Source: Reclinomonas americana ATCC 50394
Taxonomy: Eukaryota
Assembly (NCBI GenBank): GCA_048213135.1
Contig: PS015064.1
Span: forward strand, 155,924 to 205,248
Direction: 5' to 3'
Length of the DNA: 49,325 bases
Part shown: piece by piece, positions 1 through 11,971 of the stretch
Layout: each line of letters starts with the position of its first letter
Numbering within the stretch: position 1 is the stretch's first letter
The notes under the pieces: model-generated
The model's input: the letters and a program-made list of their open reading frames with translations, nothing else
Database searches by the model: none
Told to the model about the DNA's origin: nothing
Program-made: the position numbers and the translations under genes

Positions 1-462
1 GAGAGAGAGAGAGAAAGGGAAGGAGAAGGAGAAGAAGGAGAAGGAGCAAGAGAAGGAGAAAGAGAGGGGGAAAGAGAAGGAGAAAGAGAACGAGCAAGAG
101 AAGGAGCAAGAGAAGGAGCGAGAGAAGAAGCAAGAGAAGGAGCAAGAGAAGGAGTAAGAGAAGGAGCAAGAGAAGGAGCAAGAGAAGGAGCGAGAGAAGG
201 AGCGAGAGAAGGAGCAAGAGAAGGATCAAGAGAAGGAGTAAGAGAAGGAGCAAGAGAAGGAGAAAGAGAAGGAGCAAGGGAAGGAGCAAGAGAAGGAGAA
301 AGAGAAGGAGCAAGAGAAAGAGCAATAGAGAGAGAGAGAGAGAAGGAGAAGGAGAAGGAGCAAGAGAAGGGGAAAGAGAAGGAGCAAGAGAAGGAGCAAG
401 AGAAGGAGCAAGAGAAGGAGCAAGAGAAGTAGCAAGAGAAGGAGCAAGAGCAAGAGCAAGAG

Positions 463-504
<42 letters not shown>
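1..504. repeat. Purine-rich minisatellite (GAGAAGGAGCAA-type 12-mer with variants) followed by a (GA)n microsatellite
   Basis: Directly visible tandem 12-mers to about 465, then (GA)n to 504. Source of the poly-Leu ORF 226..522. Confidence 0.9.
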
Positions 505-507
<3 letters not shown>

Positions 508-595
508 AAACACGCACAACAAACACAGTGAAGGAACTGACCGACCTCTCGATACGTGCAGTTCTCGTGCTGCAGNNNNNNNNNNNNNNNNNNNN

Positions 596-970
596 CATTG
601 CTGTCGGCAGTGTGGCGCCGATTGTGAACTGGGCCGTGATCTGCGGTGGCATCTGGGCCGACGAGGTCGTGGAACATTTCCCGCGACTGGCCCTCATGTT
701 GGGCATGTACGGCGTCGGGCTCCTCTTTTATCTGACTCGAGTGCCGGAGCGGTGGTTCACGGGGCGATGGCATGTGCGTAATCGATGGTCGTCGCCGTGT
801 GATGCTGTTTTTTTTTTTTGAGGAGGGGATGTGCTCATGTTGGTTTGCAGCTGGCGATAAACTCGCACACCATGTGGCATGTGTTTGTGGCCGCCGCCGG
901 CATCATGGCCATTATCAATTTGGATCATTTGCATCGGTGGAAGTCGGCGAGGGAGTTGTTGGTGCAATGA
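596..970 (+). CDS. PAQR/ADIPOR (haemolysin-III family) membrane protein, PAQR3-like; 3' part only, 5' part lost at the gap
   Basis: Exons 596-773 and 851-970 (GTGCGT..TGCAG intron) give ...GVGLLFYLTRVPERWFTGRWHLAINSHTMWHVFVAAAG..., matching the PAQR motif PERxxPGxxxxxxxSHxxWHxxV. Stop TGA at 968-970. Confidence 0.85.
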
Positions 971-2047
971 TCGGCGCGGAGGGGGGTGACTGTGTGAAGG
1001 GAATGAATTGTTTTGACAGGATATGCATGCAGGCGGTGGTTTGGTGCCAAGTACAAGCGTGTCCAGAGTGTCGGCAGCGGCGGGTTGTAGCTGGCTGTGT
1101 GGATTGGCTCTCGGAGCTTCGAAGAAGTCGGTCTGCAAAGCAGCATGGTACATGGTGGACCTGACAACAACATATTCATTCACCAGCAAACTAGCGACAG
1201 CTGTCTTGATGACCTCAGTCTTGAGGCAGCAGCAGGTTCCTTGTGTGTGTGTGTTCGCTCTCGGAGCTCCGAACAAGTCGAGAACTGCGATCGCCACCGC
1301 ATCAGCGTGGTTGACCAGTGGATTTGACGCACTTGCATAGACGCATAGCGTTTCTGCGATCGTACGCGTACACGGCACATCGAATTCGGGAAAAGGCCAT
1401 AAGCCTGGCAAACAAAGCAAAGCCGGGTCCGGATCCGCGAAGCAAGCAAACCAGTGGAGGCGCCACAGGCACAGGGTCCACAGGAGGCCGAGTTGCGGAC
1501 GTTTTGTTTTTCCAGCATATACCGATCGGTATCGCGTCACACTTCGGACCGCTGTAAAGTTGTCTGCATATTTGGCATCACCGATTTGATCTGCACCACC
1601 TTGTCCGCATATGCGCCAGTCTCAGTGCCTGGTGATCCACAGGCGGAACCTTCCCGATCCCGGCCGGCTGGCAGCTGCAGGCTGCAGCTGTCGATTTCGA
1701 TTTCGAATTCGTTTCTGGTGCTCACTCAAGATGGTGATCATCATGCAGCTGCTGCTGTTTGGATTAGTAAAGTTGTTGTTGTTGTTGTTGATTGAAGAGT
1801 TCCGATCCTAGCTGTCGATACACGAGCAGTGCGTGCAATCCACTTCCATCACCGAGTACACCACGTGATCAGCTCATCCACATCATGCAATAAATTCGAA
1901 TTGGTTACAGTTTCGTTCGATCACCGGTCAACGGATTTAGTTTCTTCTTCTCGGCGCGCTGCGCGTGGTGATTAGAGAGGGTCTCGTGTGGCGTTCCTCC
2001 AGTCAGTCAAGTCGACCAGCCAGTCAGCCAGCAAGCCGCCTCCGCTC

Positions 2048-5000
2048 ATGGCCTCGCTGGTCTTTGGATGTGCGTACGCAATCGGACACCACAACGGCGC
2101 TTCCAATCATCAGAGATTACACACACTCAAACACGCTCTTCCTCTCTGTCTGTGTGTGCTCTCTCTTTGGCTGCTCTTGATACGAAGATAAGAAGAACGA
2201 GGAGAACGAGGACGCGCTCTCTGTTCTCATCACGCACGCGCGCCATGTCCTTTCTCTCCCCCTTTCTCTCTGTTCTTGTGCACACGCGTGTACCTCTCTC
2301 TTTCACACACACACGCACTCTCCCCCCTGCCTCTCTCTTCCTTCAACAGTTGCTGCATGCTGAAATGTGGCAAGGCAAGTGCCGCATCCTCTGTCTGCGT
2401 CGCATTTCAATCACCACCAATCACACACTGTCGACCTGTATCCTCCTCAGTCACTCTTGACTCTCTCTCACTCTCGCACACACTGTGTCTCTCATCAGCA
2501 CCTTCCGCTGCTCAGCTGACAGTGTGGTTGTTTCTGGGACTCTCTGTCAAGGCTGTGACATTCGCGGCTCTTTGCTTCTCTCTCTCTCTCTCAGTCCTCT
2601 GCGTACTTGTGCGTTTGAGTCGCTGTATGTGCATTGGCAAGTGGCATGCACTGAGAGGAGCACGCAGTGATTGCCAATCACACTTCTCTCTCTCTCTCTC
2701 TCACACACACACAGACACACACTCACGCTCACTCTCTCTCTCTCAGTCCTGTGCGTGCTTGTGCGTTTGAGTCGCTGTATGTGCATTGGCAAGAAGCGTT
2801 TGCTGAGAGAAGCACGCCTTGTAAGCATTCGGCTCATTAGCGCTCGTCTCTCTCTCTCATTCACTCACGCACTCTCACTCTCCCCTCTGCGTGCTTGTGC
2901 GTCTGACTCTCTGTCTGCTGTGGCGTTCACCCGAGAGAAGCATGCCATCTGGAATCATTCCCACGCAATTTTACGGCTTTTTTCACTCACGCCCTCTCTC
3001 TCACACTCGCTCTCTCTCTCTCTCTTTGTGTACTCGTGCTGTGAACTAGAGAGAAACGAAGAGAGGCACACAAAGGTAACACGACGACTCGACGTGTCCA
3101 CCCTTTTGTGTCCTCCTCTCTCCTTCGCCCGCCGGTCTCTCGGTTCATACCTGTCTGTGTGCGTTTGCACGGTGAAGCACATGATACCATTATCCTTGCC
3201 ATGTCGCCTCAGCGTCTCCTTTTGACAGCGCACATGCACTCATTCTAAAACGCGTCTGTGCTAAACCACGTCTTCTTTCACCCCCTTTCCTTCCCCTTCC
3301 CCTTACCTTCCCTTCCCCTTCCCCTCCCCGTCCCCTCACCTTCCCCTCTCCTTCCCCTACTCCACAGCGGGCGAGCCTCGTGCCACCAGCGCCGAGCGCT
3401 CACGTGTGAGGAAGAAGGTATCGACGACAGTGCACTCGGCTGGCGGCACTCCGACGCCCCCTCCACCCCCACCGCCCCCTCCACCACCGCCACCGCCTGG
3501 ACCCCCTGCCTCTGCCTCTGCGTTCTCACTGCTGGCCGAGGACAAGGGTGCGTTTTGTTTGCTGGCCTTGATTGATCGACGACAACCTCACGTGTTCGTG
3601 CACTCGGCAGTGGATCAGCACATGCTGGAGAGGGAATTCGTGTCGCATCTGCGCAGTGGATTGATTGGGGGAAGTGGGCCGTCGGATCGCGTGTTTGTAA
3701 AGTTGCGTACAGGGCCGGAGAGTGGAGGAGGGAGGGAAAGGGAGAGACGGAGAGCGAGAATGTGAGAGACAGGGAAAGAGAGATATCGAAAAGAAGACAG
3801 ACACGATGACGGAGTAGGTGAGGGAGAGGGGTGAGTGGGCGAGAGGGAGAGAGAAAAGGGCGAGTGAGAGTGAAACAGTGCGAGAGTGAGGGAAAAGACA
3901 CACACACACAGAGGGAGAATCGAGAAACGGAGACGGAAATCGAGTGGGATAGAAAGAGAGAAGTAAAGGGAGAGACTGCAGGTTCACGTCCGTCTTTCTC
4001 TGCTTTCCTCCTCTATGCTCCTCCTCTCCGCTTTTCTCGTCTCCTCTTTCTCGTCCGCTCACTTCGTTGCTACTCTTGTGCAACTCTCTTCATGCCTCTC
4101 ATCTCTTCTCGTTTCACATCCCACTTGTCCTCCCCTCCGACCCTTTTCCTCACTCTCGTCCTTTCCGTCCTCTCCTTTAGCCTCTTCNNNNNNNNNNNNN
4201 NNNNNNNTCCATCTGCTCACCATGTCTATGCTCTTGCTTCTCTCCCCAGCTCTCGCTTCCCCACTCCTCCCCTCTTTTCCTCCTTCTTCCTCCTCGACTC
4301 TCCTCCCTCTCATCCTCCTCTTGTCCTTTCCCCTTTTCCCTTCTTCTCCCTTCCCCCTCCCTTCCCCCTCCCTTCCCCCTCCCTTCCCCCTCCCCATTGT
4401 CTCTCCTCCCCTCTCATCCTCCTCTTGTCCTTTCCCCCTCTTTCCCTCTTCCGTCCGTCCTCCCGCTCATTCTTCCTCCTTTGCCTCTCCTCCCCTCTCA
4501 TCCTCCTCTTGTCCTTTCCCCTTCCTCCCTCTCCTTTCCCTTCCCCCTCCCTCCCCCTCTCCTTTGCCTCTCCTCCCCTCTCATCCTCCTCTTGTCCTTT
4601 CCCCCTCTTAGACGCACCACCCGCGTGGACCTCCTCAACGGATGCCGCAAGATCTACGGCAACACCGGCCTCGGCCTCGAACCCTCATCCTACGCCACAC
4701 CCTCTCCACCCCCACCTCCCTCCTCCTCGTCCTCGTCGTCGTCGCTGATGGCACTACCACCACCGATACTAGCCACGTCGCCTGGCGCCATGGCACCACC
4801 CCAGCTGTTCCCGCATCACGCACACCCGCTGATGCAGCTGCCGCTGAGTTCCTCCGGCGAGGCGCTCACTCCCGGTGCGCCGCTGGTGGTTCCCGGGCCG
4901 GTCAACGCCGTGATCGATCGGTGAGGCCCTTTCCCTTGCCAAGCCTTGCGTCTTCGTTCTCATCACTCTGCGTGCAGCCGTCGATCACACATGGCCGACC

Positions 5001-6539
5001 AGTTGCGCAAGCTGAATGAGCGTATCGCGCGACAAAGGCCGCTGTCGGCGCCCAATGTGGCCCCCGGCAGCGGCATTGGCAACAGCATCTCCTCCTCCGT
5101 GTCGTCCACCGACAACGAGTCGCCAGTGACCGACCTCGGTGTGTCGAACGGACTGCACGGAGTGGGTGCTGGTGTTGGCGGCGCCGTGACAGCTCGTGCT
5201 CCACCCGTGGAGGACCGGCTGGCCAAGGTCGGCAAGAGCCGACGAAGTCGCCTGGCATCAGGTGAGCTTGCTTGCATCCTGCTGTTGTGAGTCTGTTCAC
5301 TCACTCCGTTCCTCGCACCGTGCAGCCCCGATCCAACGCCGCGTGGCCACGCTGCTAGACGCCGCCGACCAGGAGCTGGCGCGCGACGGCATGGCTCCCC
5401 TGCGTGGCATCGGTGCCGCCGATTTGGCCGCATCCGAGTCCGTGCCGAGCCCATCGCCGCCGGTGGCGCCCTCGGGCCCATCTCCCAAGCGGCGTTCGCG
5501 TTCCAATCCTCGCCGCTACGACCCAGTGCAAAAGGCGGTCGGCGGACACCAACAGTCGTCCTCAAAGCCGTCGCGCAATGTGCGAACGGCGGACCCGGAG
5601 TCGGGCATGAGTGATTCGGCCGACAGCATGCCGGCACCACTCTTGCGCACGACATCCACACCGGCATCCATCTCCACGACGCCGTCCTCCAATGGCACAC
5701 CATTGTCGAGCGCCGGCAGTGCACCATCACCGAAGCGGATCACGGCGTCGTCTTCACTACAGCAGCGACAGCAGCAGCAGCCGCAGTCTCAACCGCAACC
5801 GTTGACCAAGAGACGTCACACGACGCCGCGCATGGCGGCGTTGGTGGAGGAGTTTATGCAAAGCGATTCCAGCAAGCCTGTGCTGACGGCACCGGTGTAC
5901 GCCGAGGGCGGCTCCACGGGCAGTGGGGCTGCCGCCAACGCAGGATCGTCGCAATGGTGGGCACCGCAGCATCCGTACGTGCCGCCGTGGCGCACCGGAG
6001 GTGTCACAGAGTTGTCATCGCCGGAGATGCCGAGCGAAACGACACCGTCGAGCCAGTCCGACTCCGACGGCACACTCCCCACACCGGGTGGGGCGTCGGA
6101 CTCAAGCTCGCTGCCGTCGCCAGTGCCGGAGAGGTCGTACGCGGCGGCGGGTGGTCGTCTTGGTGTTACGGCGGCGGTGACGACGACAACGACGACGACA
6201 ACGACTGCAGCTAAGAACCGAGGGTGAGTGTCGTTTGCTCGACTGGATTCTTCTGTTGTTGCTTTATAGCTCTTTCTTTTCTGTGCATGCTGTTAAGAGT
6301 GTCATTCATTGTCGGTCTGCTTTCATCAATTCTCTCCCGTGTCAGATGGTTGCGGACACTTCTTCACTCCTCTTCCTTTCCCTCGAGTCATTTAAGCGAG
6401 AGTCAAAAATAAGTGTGCTCTTTTCTCCTTATCGCATCTTACTCAGTGTCATGCCTGCAGACGTGTCTGCTGCGTACGTACTTCTGCACTCCTCTATGTC
6501 TCCGTTCGTTTTCTTCCTGGTCCGTTTCCATTTCTCGCT

Positions 6540-6577
<38 letters not shown>

Positions 6578-6709
6578 NNNNNNNNNNNNNNNNNNNNGTT
6601 CGTTCGTTCGTTACGTTACGTACGTACGTACGTACGTACGTACGTCGTCGTCGTCGTCTCGTCTCTCTCTCTCTCTCTCTCGTCGTCGTCGTCGTCGTTC
6701 GTTCGTGTC

Positions 6710-6764
<55 letters not shown>

Positions 6765-8691
6765 GCTTGTTCTTCTTTCCAACCTCTGAGTGTCAACCAT
6801 GAGAGTCTGTCATTCCTTCCTGATTCTTCCTCTCTCTCTCTCTCCGTTTCCTCCCTTTTACTCTCTTTCCCTCTTCCTTTCCCTCTTCTTATCCCTTCCC
6901 TCTCTCTTTTCCTCCTCTCGTCCAACCCACTCACCATCTCTCACCTACAGGACTGACCTCTCGTCGGATCCCGCGCTCGCGAGTCTGGACGCTCGCGCTA
7001 CTCGGCTACTCGAAAACTACGACCGTCTGGTGGACTCGAAAGGTGCGGCCCGCCAACTTGGTTCCAGCTCTTACTTCCCCTACTCATTTCAGTTCGCCGT
7101 CACAGGTCACTCGTCCACCACTGGCAGTGTCGGCGTGGAGGTGCCCTCACGCACTCGGCCAAAGAGGCGGGATTCTGGTGGAGGTTTGACATGCATCGTC
7201 TTCTTCTGTTTAAGTCATTTGAGTGTTACTCACTCGGCGGCGCAGCAGATACTGCATCGGAGGACGCTGCATCGACGATTGCTCGACTCAAGAAACAGTT
7301 TCGTCCCTTTTCCTCTGCAATCCTCGCTTCATCCCTGGTGCTCACGACGTCGAGCGTGCGCAGGTATGGCATTGGGCCGGTGGAGGCGGTGCATTCGGGC
7401 GACGATCCATCATCGGTGCAGAATCTGGTTGCTGAGTTGAGGTGCGTTGGGTGTCCTGATGATTGGTTTTGTATACCCAGTTGCCGAGTACTCTTTTGGG
7501 CTGTCGCATCCATGATGTGCTGCTCGCTTCTACGACCCGTCACTCTGCACACTTTTCTCGTCCCTTGCTCCACCCTCTCCTCCTCCCTTCCCTTCTCACC
7601 CCACCCTCTTTTCCCCCCTTCCCCCTCTCATCCCTTCTCCTTCTTCCAGACGCCGCCATGGCCTGGCCTCCGACGGCGCCACGGAGACCCCCACTGCCGC
7701 ACCTACCACCGTATCACGATCGCCATCGCCGCCAGTGTCGACCAATCGCGTGCCGACGGCCCCTGTCGAAGTGGCGTTGGTGGCCGACTCGGTGCCGCGG
7801 CTCGATTTTTCGCACGTGCCCTCCAGCAACGCTCCGGGGCCACATGCGGCACGCGGTGACGCGAGCGACGTTGCGGTAGCGGCGACAGCAGCAGCAGCAG
7901 CCGCTTCGACAGCGGTACCGAAGCGCAAGGCTGTTGGTGTCATGTGGTTGGAGAGCGAGGACTCGGCGGGCGCGCCGACCGCAGCCGCTGCTGAAGCCGA
8001 CGACATGCGCTCCATCACCCCGACACCAACCACGCCGACCTTCTTTGTACCGATGCGACTGATGGTCTCGGAGAGTGGTACGCGGACGCCACCCAAGGTC
8101 AGCCACTTTTTACTTTCTCGCAACGCGATGATGTGTGCTCATTGTCCTGTGTTTGTCGTGCAGACTCCACCATTGTCGTCGCGGTCGGGTCGCCCGTTGA
8201 GCAGCGGCAGTCACGCTCGACCATCGCTGACGCTGGAGATTAGTCGATGCCCCACGGCCGAGTCGCGGCCATGGAGTTCTGGCTCACCGGCGAGTTCGCG
8301 ACCAGGCACCGCGGCCACTGGTGTTGTGCGGCCGGTGCTGGATCAGGTAGTGGCGTCGTTCTTCTCCAACATGGACGGCTTCGAGTACGTACTGCTGGGA
8401 ACATGCCGTCGCGGCGGAGTCGAGAGCGCGGCGCCTGCACCGGCCTCCTCATTAATGTTTGGTGCGGTCCCGTGGAAACGCAAGCCTGTCGAGGCACGAA
8501 AAAGGCCAGCCGCAGCCGCAGCTGCTCGTGCACAACCGGCGTCGAATGCACGTAGCAGACAGACGCCGAATGTTGCTGCGGCGAGTCACGTTGATGCGGC
8601 CGCGAATGGCGGCGGCGACGATCCAATCATTCGGCTGCTGCAGGAGCGCATTGCGCGGTCGCAGGCCGAGTACAAGGCCCTGGCCACGTAA
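2048..8691 (+). CDS. Large orphan S/P/A-rich low-complexity protein, about 10 exons
   Basis: Phase-consistent GT-AG chain with exons near 3368-3701, 4611-4920, 4978-5261, 5326-6223, 6951-7041, 7106-7183, 7245-7441, 7650-8097 and 8164-8691 (TAA). The first exon 2048-2069 (MASLVFG, donor GTGCGT) is phase-compatible but tentative. No family recognised. Confidence 0.6.
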
Positions 8692-8699
8692 CAGCGTGT

Positions 8700-9180
8700 A
8701 TGGGTTGTGTTGTAACTGTAAGGGTGTATGTTGACTTGTTAACGAACGGGCCATGGTATGGGGGAAAAGATGGATGACTTTCAATGATGATAACCGTAGG
8801 AAGTAGGCTGACTTGTTAACGAACGGATCATGGTATGTTGCAACTTGCTAACGCAGCAGGGAAAGATGACTTTCAATGATCAGTCCGTACGGTGGTGTGT
8901 TGTAACTTCGAGATGCATGTTGGCTTGTTAGCTACAGGGGAAGATCGATGAAATTCAGTATGGTGGCTTGTTGCAACTGTGTGTTGAGCAGCAGGGAAAG
9001 ATGACTTTCAATGATCAGACCCTACGTGGCGTATTGTAACTTCGAGATGTATACTGACTTGTTATAGCACATGGACCATGCAGTGAAAGATGATCTCAAG
9101 TATGGAGGTGTGTTGTAAATGTAAGGCGTTTGTCGCTGCAAGGAGATCGCTAGCAATGACTTTCGATGATCAGTCGGGTC
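8700..9180. repeat. Degenerate intergenic tandem repeat, 4-5 diverged units of about 90-150 bp
   Basis: GATGACTTTCAATGAT recurs at about 8773, 8865 and 9000, with a variant at about 9155. GACTTGTTA and GTGTTGTAAC also recur. Confidence 0.7.
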
Positions 9181-9301
9181 CGTTCGAGAATCTCGGGATC
9201 TCGGCGTGTCCTCTCACCGCTGCCTCTCCGCTCCTCGTGCGCCAGAGAAGCGAGTGTGCGCACACACACACTCTCTCCCTCCTCATACACACACACACAC
9301 C

Positions 9302-11239
<1,938 letters not shown>

Positions 11240-11348
11240 TGCAGCGATCCATAATATCCACTTCTCCACACTGTATCCATACTTTCCGAATGAAAACGCA
11301 CTCATACCCGTACTGCCAGTTTATTCTCNNNNNNNNNNNNNNNNNNNN

Positions 11349-11689
11349 CCCAATGCCGATGATGTCCAGCCAGCCGCCGCCACCACCACCGCCGCCACCG
11401 CCACAGGGTCACATGGGAACGCCGATGGGAATGGGCATGGGCACACCGATGGGCATGATGGGTGGCGGTATGATGATGGGCCAGCCAATGGGCATGATGG
11501 GTGGCGGAATGATGATGGGACAGAACATGGGCATGGGTGCGTCGTGGTGCTTGTGTGTGTGTGTGTGTGTGGGAAGGGTAGGTGCTTTGTACTCACCGTT
11601 GGACGAATGCAGGAATGCCGATGGGTATGTATCAACAACAACCGCCACCACCGCCCCCGCCACCACCACCACCACCACCACAGTATTGA
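11349..11689 (+). CDS. Pro/Met/Gly-rich C-terminal exons, most likely the SF3B4 tail on an inverted contig
   Basis: Exons 11349-11536 and 11613-11689 (GTGCGT..GCAG) encode ...GQNMGMGMPMGMYQQQPPPPPPPPPPPPPQY*. The composition continues the SF3B4 tail ([20 protein letters not shown]). Gaps flank the contig on both sides. Confidence 0.65.
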
Positions 11690-11971
11690 GCACTGGCGAG
11701 TGGGAGGGGTGGGGAGAGACCTGGCTGGCGCGAGAGAAAGCTNNNNNNNNNNNNNNNNNNNNNNNNNNNNNNNNNNNNNNNNNNNNNNNNNNNNNNNNNN
11801 NNNNNNNNNNNNNNNNNNNNNNNNNNNNNNNNNNNNNNNNNNNNNNNNNNNNNNNNNNNNNNNNNNNNNNNNNNNNNNNNNNNNNNNNNNNNNNNNNNNN
11901 NNNNNNNNNNNNNNNNNNNNNNNNNNNNNNNNNNNNNNNNNNNNNNNNNNNNNNNNNNNNNNNNNNNNNNN

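Noticed and set aside
226-522. Poly-Leu ORF, and similar LSLS, PSPS, VCVC and ERER ORFs across the window (e.g. 42157-43946, 34083-35381)
   Set aside because: They are translations of microsatellites or N-gaps, mostly inside introns.
1-575. A fourth inverted contig carrying a PAQR exon (LQHENCTYREVGQFLHCVC on the - strand)
   Set aside because: The peptide is too short to assign and purine-rich sense-strand introns occur elsewhere, so this is unresolved rather than supported.
760-870. Possible non-GT intron boundary in the PAQR gene
   Set aside because: On recount, CAT|GTGCGT...CAG|CTG is canonical and in frame.
1180-1725. Two same-frame - strand ORFs separated by one TGA (readthrough or selenocysteine?)
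   Set aside because: The joined product resembles nothing recognisable, has no ATG start, and I see no SECIS-like evidence.
6598-6712. Mosaic (GTTC)n(GTAC)n(GTC)n(CT)n repeat
   Set aside because: It abuts a gap and resembles degraded pyrosequencing read-through of a (CT)n tract, so it is probably an artefact.
8780-8815. C/D-box snoRNA (ATGATGA ... CTGA)
   Set aside because: The boxes are too close together, there is no terminal stem, and they are not preserved in the other repeat copies.
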